Below are positions 9,737-18,641 of a stretch of DNA of 58,620 bases, in pieces. Source of the stretch: a virus (lineage: Duplodnaviria > Caudoviricetes); the IMG/VR virus record IMGVR_UViG_3300031841_004380, positions 1 to 58,620 of that record; one strand, written 5' to 3'. Position 1 is the first letter of the stretch, and every line of letters begins with the position of its first letter. Under the pieces are notes generated by a model. It ran no database searches, was not told the DNA's origin, and saw only the letters and a list, made by a program, of their open reading frames with translations. A program made the position numbers and the translations under genes.

Positions 9737-10091
9737 GGGGGCGTAAAGGTTTCGACAGGTTTGGAAGATTTATATTTAGCAAGTAGTGGTTGATCGACAG
9801 GCCACTTAAAAAGTCGATTAAAAACGCTTTAACTGGCGAAACTCAGTTAGCACTCGCCGCTTAGTATAGCGGTGACAATCTTCGGAAGCGATGAAGGTAG
9901 CGTCCAAAAGATTGTTGTAAAATCCTTCGGCTGTTAAACTCGTTCAACGGGGGTTTAACCTGAGATACAGTTGATCGGAAAGAAGAATGTTGCTTGTTCT
10001 TTATTCTTTCTTAAAACTTATGAGCAAGATAAACTTGTAGAAGGTATAATGAACTAAATACTGGACAGGGGTTCGACTCCCCTCGCCTCCA
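9737..10091 (+). ncRNA. ssrA: tmRNA (SsrA), tag peptide (A)GETQLALAA
   Basis: 5' GGGGGCG pairs with 3' CGCCTCC-A with the Ala G3:U wobble; TTCGAC after the 5' stem; T-arm GGGG-TTCGACT-CCCC; pseudoknot AGTGG/CCACT and ATCGAC/GTCGAT; tag ORF 9835-9864 after TAACT ending LAA-TAG. Confidence 0.95.
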
Positions 10092-10143
10092 CTTAATTTT
10101 GCCGAAAAGGTGTATTTAATCTTAGAAAGGTTGGGTACACAAA

Positions 10144-10404
10144 ATGGCAATCAAAAAATCAGTTGAGCATCTCCAAGAAAATAATATGGGCTATTGGGAG
10201 CATCTACTATTTGCTTCTGGTCATGGAATTAGGTGCATTAAAGCGGGAGTGCTTTTAATTATTCATTCTATTATCCCCGCTTTTTTTCCTAAAACCGGAT
10301 CAATTCTTGTCAACAAATTAAACAAAAGTTTTACAGACCATAATGATTGGCTTGATCTAAAAAATAGAATGGAAAAATTTCAAAACATATATAAATCACC
10401 ATGA
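10144..10404 (+). CDS. DUF6356-like small membrane protein
   Basis: HL...MGYWEH..FA...IH.IIP.FF..TGS pattern. Confidence 0.7.
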   Translation: MAIKKSVEHLQENNMGYWEHLLFASGHGIRCIKAGVLLIIHSIIPAFFPKTGSILVNKLNKSFTDHNDWLDLKNRMEKFQNIYKSP

Positions 10405-10622
10405 GTAAAGAAACAGAATTAAAAGTACTAAAATTAGAATTGAAACAACAGGAAGTTATCACAAATAACTTAACTGTTAAAATCAACAGATACGAAAAGG
10501 CAAACAGCATAGTGAAAAATACTATTGCTCAACAAGACATTGATGACTTAAAAACCGAACTCAAAACAGCAGAGTTGCAAAAAGAAATTTTGTCATCTAA
10601 AATAGAATCTCTACAGAACTAA
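10401..10622 (+). CDS. coiled-coil hypothetical protein
   Basis: Heptad-like K/E/L composition; ATGA overlap. Confidence 0.6.
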   Translation: MSKETELKVLKLELKQQEVITNNLTVKINRYEKANSIVKNTIAQQDIDDLKTELKTAELQKEILSSKIESLQN

Positions 10623-10631
10623 AGATTACGC

Positions 10632-10660
10632 TTGACAGATACCGATAGATAGGATATACT
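10632..10660 (+). promoter_or_regulatory. early sigma70-like promoter with CCGATA spacer
   Basis: TTGACA-17 nt-TATACT. Confidence 0.88.
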
Positions 10661-10696
10661 GAGAGAGACAGGATTCACAGGACACAGGATTTAGAG

Positions 10697-12019
10697 ATGC
10701 AAAGCAATTTTGAATATGTTTGGGGCATGGTGCGTGATCTTAGGGCTACAAGCAGCACTATTGATAAACAGAGCATTATTGAGGACTATTGTTTTGTAGA
10801 CGAAAAGTGTTCTGGCGTAAGGCAAGAAGTTGCAGAATTTACCCAGAATATTCTTCTATATACATACCACCCTCTCTGGCAATATAATGTCACTAGCGAT
10901 AATCTCAAGAAGAAATCTCATCTCAGAGGAAAAGATTTCGGAGATATTTTCTTTCTGCTGAACGCATTGAAAGATCGTCAGATTACTGGTCACGATGCCA
11001 TTGGTGCGGTCAATACGTTTGTGGAAAAATTTCCAGAATACGAAGAACTCATTCACTGTATCATCGACAAGGATTTAAAGACTAGGGCTGGCGACAAGAT
11101 TATCAACAAGGCAATCCCTAATCTTATCCCAGAATTTAGTGTTGCTCTGGCAGATAAATATGATCCGAATATTGTAGCCTGGAAGGATGGTTGGTATGTA
11201 TCTCGCAAACTTGATGGTGTTAGATGTATTTGTATTGTTGATACTGGCGGCAATATTTCATTCTACTCCAGAACAGGAAAACAATTTACTACATTGGGTG
11301 TTGTGGCTGATGGTATTGCAAGCCTCGGTTTATCTAATATTGTTCTTGACGGGGAACTATGTCTAATTGATGAAGATGGTAATGAAGATTTTCAAGGCAT
11401 TATGAAACAACTTCGCAAGAAGGATCATACAATCGAGAATCCCTCATATAAAGTATTTGACTGCTTAACTCTTGCGGAATTCAATACCAAGAAAGGATCG
11501 GCAGATTTATCTAAGCGTCTTTATATGCTTAAAACCTTACTGAAAGATAATGAGTGTCCATGCTTGAGTATTCTAGAACAAGAAAAAGTTAGGGATGATG
11601 AACACTTCCAAGAGTGGATCACCAAAAGCAACAAGGTTGGATGGGAAGGTGTAATGCTTCGTAAAAACGCCCCATATAAAGGCAAGCGGTCTAAAGACCT
11701 TTTAAAATATAAAGCCTTCCACGATGATGAATACGAGGTTATAGGGGTAGAGAATGGGCCTTTTAGGTATGTGAAAGATGGTGCAGAGTGTGAGGAAGAT
11801 ATGCTCAGTTGTGTTTATATTCAACACAAAGGACATGATGTTAGGGTTGGTAGTGGATTTAGTATAGACCAAAGAAAAGATTTCTATAAGAATCCAGACA
11901 AAATCAAGGGTATGGTAATTCAAGTGCAATATTTTGAAGAAACCAAAAACCAAGACGGCGGGATTTCATTAAGGTTTCCTACATTTAAGTATCTTTATGG
12001 GGAAGCTAGAGTGACATGA
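10697..12019 (+). CDS. lig: ATP-dependent DNA ligase
   Basis: Motif I KLDGVR, LDGEL, VFD, EGVMLR, LLKYK, VGSGFS, SLRFP. Confidence 0.95.
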   Translation: MQSNFEYVWGMVRDLRATSSTIDKQSIIEDYCFVDEKCSGVRQEVAEFTQNILLYTYHPLWQYNVTSDNLKKKSHLRGKDFGDIFFLLNALKDRQITGHDAIGAVNTFVEKFPEYEELIHCIIDKDLKTRAGDKIINKAIPNLIPEFSVALADKYDPNIVAWKDGWYVSRKLDGVRCICIVDTGGNISFYSRTGKQFTTLGVVADGIASLGLSNIVLDGELCLIDEDGNEDFQGIMKQLRKKDHTIENPSYKVFDCLTLAEFNTKKGSADLSKRLYMLKTLLKDNECPCLSILEQEKVRDDEHFQEWITKSNKVGWEGVMLRKNAPYKGKRSKDLLKYKAFHDDEYEVIGVENGPFRYVKDGAECEEDMLSCVYIQHKGHDVRVGSGFSIDQRKDFYKNPDKIKGMVIQVQYFEETKNQDGGISLRFPTFKYLYGEARVT

Positions 12020-12690
12020 GCATAAAAAACTTCAAAATTTACGGCGAACGCAATAGCGGCACAAATTTGTTGCAAGCTATTCTTACAGGCAATTCTTTTT
12101 ATCACAAACAAGAAAACCCAGCTTTTAGTATATCTCAGTCAAAAAATTACGGTTGGAAACATTGGTTTGGTTTTAATAGTGAAGACATTAAGAAAGAGGG
12201 GCAAAATACTTTGTTCTTGGGTATTGTGCGTGATCCTTATGATTGGATTATCGCTCTTTTCAAGAAGAAACATCATGTTCCTCCAATTAATTATTCAATA
12301 GACAATTTCCTACTTGGAGAATGGTATTCTATTGACCATAAAAAAAGCTCACCTACTTATGGTCGAGAAGTTTTAGGTGATCGCAACTGGAAAACTGGTG
12401 AAAGATATAAAAATATTTTTGAACTTAGAAAGACTAAGCTAGAATATTTGCTTGATAAGATGCCACAATTGGCTCAATACTATAAATTGATACGATATGA
12501 AGACTTATGCGTAAACCATAATGAATTTTTAGAAGAAATATCTAATACCTATAATTTATCGTTTAATAAAAACTATCTTAAACCCAAACCAAAGCAGCAT
12601 CATCCCGTACAACCCAAAATAGCCAAAATAATCAATGACAATATTGATTGGGGTATGGAGCAACAAGTTGGCTACAGTAAACGCTCTTGA
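12016..12690 (+). CDS. sulfotransferase-like P-loop protein
   Basis: GERNSGTN, GWKH, VRDPYDW, IRYEDL. Confidence 0.72.
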   Translation: MSIKNFKIYGERNSGTNLLQAILTGNSFYHKQENPAFSISQSKNYGWKHWFGFNSEDIKKEGQNTLFLGIVRDPYDWIIALFKKKHHVPPINYSIDNFLLGEWYSIDHKKSSPTYGREVLGDRNWKTGERYKNIFELRKTKLEYLLDKMPQLAQYYKLIRYEDLCVNHNEFLEEISNTYNLSFNKNYLKPKPKQHHPVQPKIAKIINDNIDWGMEQQVGYSKRS

Positions 12691-12763
12691 CAAGCCGATA
12701 CTAGTAGTGTAGAATTGAACGTATCACAGAAATCGCTACTTTTTGGAGACTATCATGGAAACC
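12684..12763 (+). repeat. direct repeat copy 1: promoter + leader + RBS + first 3 codons
   Basis: First 32 nt identical to 12963-12994; contains TTGACA-17-TAGAAT, TATCACAG, TTTTGGAG, ATGGAAACC. Confidence 0.95.
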
Positions 12764-12949
12764 GTGAATGATGAGTTGTATGCAACATATAGACATGACT
12801 ATCATTGGTTTGTAGAAGTGTGGAAAGTTGATGATAAATATTGCGTTTGGATGAGAGGCAAGAAAGTTAACCAAGAACCTTTGGGGTGTTTTGATCATAT
12901 GCCAACTTGGGAAGAAACCAAGTGGTGGTATGACCATCGAGACAGATAG
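12755..12949 (+). CDS. small Trp-rich hypothetical protein between the direct repeats
   Basis: TTTTGGAG RBS, ATG 12755. Confidence 0.7.
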   Translation: METVNDELYATYRHDYHWFVEVWKVDDKYCVWMRGKKVNQEPLGCFDHMPTWEETKWWYDHRDR

Positions 12950-12962
12950 CACTAAAGAAATT

Positions 12963-13043
12963 CTCTTGACAAGCCGATACTAGTAGTGTAGAATGGGACG
13001 TATCACAGGAATTGCTACTTTTTTGGAGACTATCATGGAAACC
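12963..13043 (+). repeat. direct repeat copy 2: promoter + leader + RBS + first 3 codons
   Basis: Near-identical to 12684-12763 (a few substitutions, one extra T). Confidence 0.95.
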
Positions 13044-13736
13044 ATTTTGGACAAGCCCGTTAAGAAAACCACCTATTGCAGAAGCCGAGCAGATGAATTC
13101 TTTGCAACATTTCCTACAGAAAAGATTTCAGCATATAAGGAGTACTGGGAGAGTGTACGACCACAGAATCACGGCGATATTTTTAGGCGTTATTTGTTTG
13201 CTTACTGCTCTGTTCATACTAGTTGGAAGGGGAATTGCTACGGCTACAATGCCATTAAGAACTACGAAGAATGGATCGACAACAAAGAAACTTTGCGAGA
13301 AAAACTCGCAGCATCAGGCGTAGGACTTCACAATAATCGTACCAAGTATATCTGGGATTTTGCTACGCAATTCTGGGCAAATCCTAAAGATTTTTACCTG
13401 ACTACTAAGAAGTATCACGTTAAAAAGCGTGATGAGATTGTGAATAAAATCATGGGTCTTGGAATGGCTAAGGTTAGTTTTGCTCTTGAGATGATTCACC
13501 CAAATGAAGCCAGGGTTTTATGTGGCGACGTTCATCAACTTCGCCTTTACAACATGGAACATCTTACCTATAATAAGAGTAAGCAAGGTATTCAAAAATA
13601 TAAGCGTATGGAACAACATTGGAGTGTAAATTGTGGCAAACTTAAAGTGCCATCATATGTTGCTCGTTGTGTATACTGGGATGCCTTGCAGGGTAAGGAA
13701 GATTCTCGTTACTGGTCATATGTTTTGGAGGCTTAA
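13035..13736 (+). CDS. second HhH-superfamily DNA glycosylase-like protein (Ogg2-like)
   Basis: R..IVNKIMGLGMAKVSFAL followed by CGDVHQLR. Confidence 0.7.
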   Translation: METILDKPVKKTTYCRSRADEFFATFPTEKISAYKEYWESVRPQNHGDIFRRYLFAYCSVHTSWKGNCYGYNAIKNYEEWIDNKETLREKLAASGVGLHNNRTKYIWDFATQFWANPKDFYLTTKKYHVKKRDEIVNKIMGLGMAKVSFALEMIHPNEARVLCGDVHQLRLYNMEHLTYNKSKQGIQKYKRMEQHWSVNCGKLKVPSYVARCVYWDALQGKEDSRYWSYVLEA

Positions 13737-13832
13737 ATGAGTCAAAATGGTAAAGGTGATAAACCAAGGCCAATAGACAAAAAGAAATATGATATTAACT
13801 ATGAGCGTATTTTTAGAAAGAAAACTAAATGA
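13737..13832 (+). CDS. tiny basic phage protein
   Basis: MSQNGKGDKPRP..KKKY..NYERIF; GGAGG RBS. Confidence 0.6.
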   Translation: MSQNGKGDKPRPIDKKKYDINYERIFRKKTK

Positions 13833-14009
13833 ATCATACAATATGGGAAGTTCTTAGCGTATGGTGGATAGTGGCAGTTTTTGATTTAACTGTAGTTTAT
13901 TGTTTCGTAAGATTAGCCAAAGATAAAAAATAGGTGTATAAAATGGTAGACAATTTTAGTATGTATGAATATTATCTACTGGTGGTTGGAATCAATCCAA
14001 CTAATATTA

Positions 14010-14324
14010 ATGAAATTTTACGCAACACTACTGTTAGTACTACTAATACCTAATACACTATTAGCAAATGACCTTATGGTTTTCGGTGCTGATTGGTGCG
14101 GTGCTTGTGTTAAGTTAAAGAATTTTATTCAAAAAAATCCACAGGTAGTAGATAAATATTCTATTGACTTTGTTGATATAGATAAACATCCAGAAGTAAA
14201 AAAGAAGCTAGGTATAACTAAAATACCGCTGTCTATAATCTTTAATGAAGATGGTACGATTAAATCCAAGATACTTGGTTATGATAGCCGTTCTTATACT
14301 CAGTGGTTAAAAGAAAATGAATAA
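14010..14324 (+). CDS. exported thioredoxin-like protein
   Basis: Signal peptide, then FGADWCGAC (CxxC) and the cis-Pro motif KIP. Confidence 0.85.
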   Translation: MKFYATLLLVLLIPNTLLANDLMVFGADWCGACVKLKNFIQKNPQVVDKYSIDFVDIDKHPEVKKKLGITKIPLSIIFNEDGTIKSKILGYDSRSYTQWLKENE

Positions 14325-14511
14325 TATCTACAAAAATAAAGACAAAGGCATGATCTTTGGTGTTTGTGCAGGACTATCTGACAGTAGTGGTATTGATGTA
14401 ACGCTACTAAGAGTAGGATTCATAACTGCTGCTATATTTAGCGGCAGTATCTTTTTCTGGGTTTATCTGGGATTGGGTATTTTTATGCCATTACCGCCCA
14501 ATAAAAACTAA
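14317..14511 (+). CDS. pspC: PspC domain protein
   Basis: MIFGVCAGL...GIDVTLLRV...Y..L.IFMP. Confidence 0.85.
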   Translation: MNNIYKNKDKGMIFGVCAGLSDSSGIDVTLLRVGFITAAIFSGSIFFWVYLGLGIFMPLPPNKN

Positions 14512-14521
14512 AATTTTTGCA

Positions 14522-14550
14522 TTGACACAACCGATAGTATGTGTTAGAAT
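14522..14550 (+). promoter_or_regulatory. early sigma70-like promoter with CCGATA spacer
   Basis: TTGACA-17 nt-TAGAAT. Confidence 0.85.
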
Positions 14551-14588
14551 AGGATATGTTTCGTTAGCTTTAATTTTTGGAGGACACA

Positions 14589-14873
14589 ATGGCAGAAGTG
14601 ATTATGACCAATAAGCAAAACAGGGTACGTTGTAGCGACGAGGATTTCCTGACCGCTGTTTATACTAGCAGTACCTACGCAGAGGTTGCTGAAAAAACAG
14701 GACAAAAGATTGCATCAACAATGGCACGATATTCTAGGGTTAAGAAAGCCTTAGCAGAACGTGGAGAAACTCTACCAGAAATGCAAAGGAAAAAGCCAAT
14801 CAAAAGTATTGACAACATTGATAATATGGTAGAAATTGTTCGTAGACTAAAAGCCCATCATTCTGAATCATAG
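14589..14873 (+). CDS. HTH-like hypothetical protein
   Basis: GGAGG RBS; SSTYAEVAEKTG helix-turn-helix-like segment. Confidence 0.7.
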   Translation: MAEVIMTNKQNRVRCSDEDFLTAVYTSSTYAEVAEKTGQKIASTMARYSRVKKALAERGETLPEMQRKKPIKSIDNIDNMVEIVRRLKAHHSES

Positions 14874-14880
14874 TGATTCT

Positions 14881-14954
14881 GGGGCTGTAGTCCAACAGGC
14901 AGAGACACAAAACTTAAAATTTTGAAAGTGTGCGTTCGAATCGCATCAGCCCTA
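14881..14954 (+). tRNA. tRNA-Leu (anticodon TAA), short variable loop, no encoded CCA
   Basis: Acceptor GGGGCTG/CAGCCCT-A; D-stem GTC/GAC; anticodon arm CAAAA-CTTAAAA-TTTTG; T-arm GTGCG-TTCGAAT-CGCAT. Confidence 0.9.
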
Positions 14955-15407
14955 CTTTTTATTTTTAGCCCTATAATTATCAGTTAATGCGTGACAGTTA
15001 GGGCATAATAAAGATAAGTTATCTAGATTATTATTTGAATTATTTCCATCTATGTGATGTAGTTCTAAAGGTATTTTTTTGTCTAGCCACATAGTGCGAT
15101 TACAATTGCAGCATTTATGACTAAAAATTTGATCTTTTAGCAGTCTGTTTTTAAGTTTCCAACTTTGTATAGTTTGTTTGTTTGATAAATAATCTTCCAA
15201 AGATCTTTTTGGTCCAATTTTTTTACCTTTGTTCCATGCTTTATGATGAAAATGAGAGATATCAATATTGTATTCTTTGATTTTCTTTTTAATACAAGCA
15301 TAATTTCCACCGGCTTCTTTGAGTCCTAATTTATTTAAGCATTGACGATAACTGGAACTTTCACGACATATATTTTCAATTAATTCTTTGGTATATTTGA
15401 TTCTCAT
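14952..15407 (-). CDS. HNH endonuclease (putative homing endonuclease)
   Basis: CCNC...LELHHIDGNNSNN.LDNL.LLCPNCH; AAGGAG RBS; the only convincing minus-strand gene. Confidence 0.9.
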   Translation of the reverse strand: MRIKYTKELIENICRESSSYRQCLNKLGLKEAGGNYACIKKKIKEYNIDISHFHHKAWNKGKKIGPKRSLEDYLSNKQTIQSWKLKNRLLKDQIFSHKCCNCNRTMWLDKKIPLELHHIDGNNSNNNLDNLSLLCPNCHALTDNYRAKNKK

Positions 15408-15416
15408 GCTATCTCC

Positions 15417-15445
15417 TTGACAAACGAACAGGCAGACGGTACAAT
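15417..15445 (+). promoter_or_regulatory. sigma70-like promoter overlapping the HNH leader on the opposite strand
   Basis: TTGACA-17 nt-TACAAT. Confidence 0.65.
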
Positions 15446-15520
15446 ACATATACACCAAAACGTCTACAGATACTAACAGTTTTGTTTTTTGATTTTTAAC
15501 TTTAACCAGAAAGATAGATT

Positions 15521-15682
15521 ATGAATAGCAAGAGTTATTTTGTGGTTGCGGCATTTGCTAGTTTTTGCCTTAGTGTCGGACTATGGTTTTTGGGTGATCC
15601 TGCCATTGCTAAGGAGCAAGGTATTTTTGTGGGTCTATGGGTTCCTAGTATTCTTTGCTTGGGGAATTATTTCAATGGATGA
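15521..15682 (+). CDS. small two-TM membrane protein
   Basis: Read by hand: MNSKSYFVVAAFASFCLSVGLWFLG...EQGIFVGLWVPSILCLGNYFNG*. Confidence 0.7.
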   Translation: MNSKSYFVVAAFASFCLSVGLWFLGDPAIAKEQGIFVGLWVPSILCLGNYFNG

Positions 15683-15833
15683 TATGTCACTTTTTATATG
15701 TGGCATCGTGGTTACGCTCATCAGTGGGATGGGCGTGATTACGAGCCAAGTCTTTTTAGGGTATGATAAATTTCTTGAAGATAGCACAGCAAGGACAATA
15801 GAAGATGACGAGCAAATCGAACAGACTGTGTAA
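15675..15833 (+). CDS. small membrane protein
   Basis: MDDMSLFICGIVVTLISGMGV...; overlaps the previous stop. Confidence 0.6.
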   Translation: MDDMSLFICGIVVTLISGMGVITSQVFLGYDKFLEDSTARTIEDDEQIEQTV

Positions 15834-16128
15834 TGCTTATGTTTTAAATACTTCAGAAAAATCTATCATCAAGGCTTTTGAGATAGTAACTATGAGAGAA
15901 TTGCCAGATTATAATGGTGGTACAATTATTGAAGAAGTAAAAACAGCAGAAGAATTTCTCAACACAGATGAAGAAGCTATTGATCAACCATTCTATAGAG
16001 TGTTTGCGTTATTTAAAGATGGGTATTTCAAAAAGAGAAAAGCTATATCTGATTTTTATAATGTGCAGGAAGCAGCAAATTTTTTAGAAGAATTGACCGG
16101 AAATAAGGTAGATATTTACTCTTATTGA
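15805..16128 (+). CDS. hypothetical protein
   Basis: 107 aa ORF. Confidence 0.65.
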   Translation: MTSKSNRLCNAYVLNTSEKSIIKAFEIVTMRELPDYNGGTIIEEVKTAEEFLNTDEEAIDQPFYRVFALFKDGYFKKRKAISDFYNVQEAANFLEELTGNKVDIYSY

Positions 16129-16240
16129 TCCTAACAAACTTCTAACATCCCCACGCTGCCGAAATGGGTATAATAGGGTATCAATTCAAGACTCAATGTG
16201 AGTCTCCTGCCTTAATTCCTACCATAACAAGGATACCCAA

Positions 16241-17209
16241 ATGAAAAACCATAAAGGCTTTACTTTAATCGAACTGCTCGTTGTTATTGCTATTATTGGT
16301 GTTTTAGTTGGACTTTTATTACCAGCGGTTCAATCAGCCAGAGAATCTGCAAGAAGAATGAGTTGTTCAAATAATCTAAAACAACAGGGCTTGGCAATGC
16401 ACAGTTGTTTAGATGCTAGAAAGTATTTCCCCGGTGCGGCATATACGGTTGACTCAGCCACAGCACCTACTAAAGCTAATCCAGCAGGTAAAGAGCATAG
16501 CTGGAGAGCATTTGTTGTAGCCTTTATGGAAGAAAGCAGTATTGCCAATCAGTATGATTTCGATAAAAACTGGTGGGAGAATACAGCAGCAGTTGCTCAA
16601 CAGCCTAGCATTTTTAAGTGTCCAACAGCATTACCTCCTAATGGTGGTTATGCAAGTATTGATGGGCCAACTAGAGATAGCGATAGTGCTGCTCCAAGTT
16701 TAGACCCAGATAATTTTGGGTATACTGATTACGAAGTATTTACTGGTGTTAAAGATAAGGTATTTCCAAACACTAATAATGTATATCAGAATAAGGGGCC
16801 AGTTTGTGATGGTGTTCTTGTAAAAGATGCAGAAACTAGAGTTGCACAAATTACTGATGGACTTTCCCATTCATTATTAATTGTAGAATGTGCTTCTCGT
16901 CCAGATACTTATAAAGCATCTAATGGTAAGAATTCTGCTACTGGCGACACTAATCAGTGTATTTCATGGGCAGACTCTTTAGGGCCGTTTAAGTTGCACG
17001 GTATTGACACAAACGGTGACAAGTGCAATAATTGCGGTGTGATGCCATTCAACGGCATTAACGATGGCGAAGCATATAGTTTTCATCCTAGCGTTATGAA
17101 CGCTGCATTTGCTGATGGTTCCACAAGAACTCTTGCAGAAAATATTGATCTATATGTTATGGCTGCTATTATCACCAGAGCAGACGGTCAACAGACAGGA
17201 GAATATTGA
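16241..17209 (+). CDS. DUF1559 family prepilin-type N-terminal cleavage/methylation protein with H-X9-DG motif
   Basis: [43 protein letters not shown]; ITDGLS; [15 protein letters not shown]. Confidence 0.96.
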   Translation: MKNHKGFTLIELLVVIAIIGVLVGLLLPAVQSARESARRMSCSNNLKQQGLAMHSCLDARKYFPGAAYTVDSATAPTKANPAGKEHSWRAFVVAFMEESSIANQYDFDKNWWENTAAVAQQPSIFKCPTALPPNGGYASIDGPTRDSDSAAPSLDPDNFGYTDYEVFTGVKDKVFPNTNNVYQNKGPVCDGVLVKDAETRVAQITDGLSHSLLIVECASRPDTYKASNGKNSATGDTNQCISWADSLGPFKLHGIDTNGDKCNNCGVMPFNGINDGEAYSFHPSVMNAAFADGSTRTLAENIDLYVMAAIITRADGQQTGEY

Positions 17210-17613
17210 TTATGAGAACCATTATTGTAATCTTTACTTTTCTGTCGATACTATTGGCTGGATGTGGTTCTGGTAAGACAGTTCCTAAACCAGTAGCAAA
17301 TATAGAGGGTAAAGTTCTACTACCTAAAGGAAAACCCCTAGAAGGTGGAAGAATTCTACTCAAAGCAAAAGGTGCTAGTGGAACCGTCTTGGCTGATATT
17401 GATAAGGATGGTAGTTTTGAAGTAGACAGTAATGAAGTAGTACTTCAAGGCGACTACGAAGTGTATTTGGTATTCAGATACAATTCAGCAACGGAACGTA
17501 AACTTATTAGATATGTTCCAGCAAAATATCGTGAAATTGGAGAAGGTGATTCTGACATTTCTATTACGTTAGGTGAAGATAATCAGAACATTACTGTAAA
17601 ATTGAAAGCATAA
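17206..17613 (+). CDS. lipoprotein with carboxypeptidase-regulatory-like beta domain (usual DUF1559 partner)
   Basis: Lipobox LAGC; G.V...GKPL.GG.I...D.DG.F...G.Y.V...VPAKY. Confidence 0.85.
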   Translation: MIMRTIIVIFTFLSILLAGCGSGKTVPKPVANIEGKVLLPKGKPLEGGRILLKAKGASGTVLADIDKDGSFEVDSNEVVLQGDYEVYLVFRYNSATERKLIRYVPAKYREIGEGDSDISITLGEDNQNITVKLKA

Positions 17614-18641
17614 TGATAAGAAGTATTTTATTTATATTGATGTGTTTCAGTGTGGTGGGAAACTGCTACGCTGAACCATCGGTAACTATCGCTAAAAAAT
17701 ATATCATACCACACATAACAATATCTGAGGACGTTAAACTTGGAGGCATTAGCGATCTTATTGCAATATCGGATACGCAGTTTTATATCATTACTGATCG
17801 TGGGCCTAATGGTAAAATAGAAACTCCAGAAGGTAAATTTCGCACTCTATTATCTCCAGACTTTAAACCTAGAATATTTAGAATTGGATGGAATGAATAT
17901 CTTCAAACATTCCTACTGGGCGATTACATAAATATTAAAGGACAGAATGGAGACTGCAACGGAAAACCGAATAGCGATAAGGTTAAGAAAATTTTAAATG
18001 CAGATGGGACTAAGCAAATTCTACCAGATGTTGACGGTGTTGATCCAGAGGGTATTGTTTGCAAAAGAAATGGCTCATTTATTGTTACAGAAGAATATGG
18101 GCCTTCTATCATATTTAACGGTAGCGGAGAAAGATACACCCCATTATCTCACCATAGAGATAACCGTGGATTTGAAGCGGTTGCATTAAGTGAAGATGAA
18201 AAGTATTTGTGGACTATGCTACAGAGTCCTGTCGATGAAGGCGATAGAATTATACCATTCATTATCTTTAATCTAAAAACTAAGATTGTTGATCGTAGAC
18301 TAAACTACACGCTTGAAGAAGATACTGAGGATGGTAAGATATGTTGTATGAGTCGCTATAATAAAGACTGCGTTTTAGCTTTAGAACAAAGCGACACAAC
18401 TCCAGCAAAACTATTCCTGTTTAACACAAAAAATGAACAGAAAGCACTGTTTGCTTCACTTGAAAATATTCTACCAGAAATGGCTCATGATATTTCTAAT
18501 GGGAAAAGCGATAAGATTACTGGCCTTAAATTAGAAGGCATGGATTTTATTGACGCTAATACTATTGCGATAGTGAATGATAACGATTTTGATGAAGAAA
18601 AAAATAACTATTTGTGGATATTGAAAATTAACAATGATTAA
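17613..18641 (+). CDS. esterase-like activity of phytase family protein, secreted
   Basis: Signal peptide; GGISDL, TDRGPN, DPEGI, EEYGP, NRGFE, KLEG, NDNDF. Confidence 0.88.
   Translation: MIRSILFILMCFSVVGNCYAEPSVTIAKKYIIPHITISEDVKLGGISDLIAISDTQFYIITDRGPNGKIETPEGKFRTLLSPDFKPRIFRIGWNEYLQTFLLGDYINIKGQNGDCNGKPNSDKVKKILNADGTKQILPDVDGVDPEGIVCKRNGSFIVTEEYGPSIIFNGSGERYTPLSHHRDNRGFEAVALSEDEKYLWTMLQSPVDEGDRIIPFIIFNLKTKIVDRRLNYTLEEDTEDGKICCMSRYNKDCVLALEQSDTTPAKLFLFNTKNEQKALFASLENILPEMAHDISNGKSDKITGLKLEGMDFIDANTIAIVNDNDFDEEKNNYLWILKINND

Noticed and set aside
14589-15407. Similar SS[TS]Y.....K.G.K segments in the ORF before the tRNA and in the HNH N-terminus
   Set aside because: The match is too short to claim a relationship; probably a generic HTH pattern.
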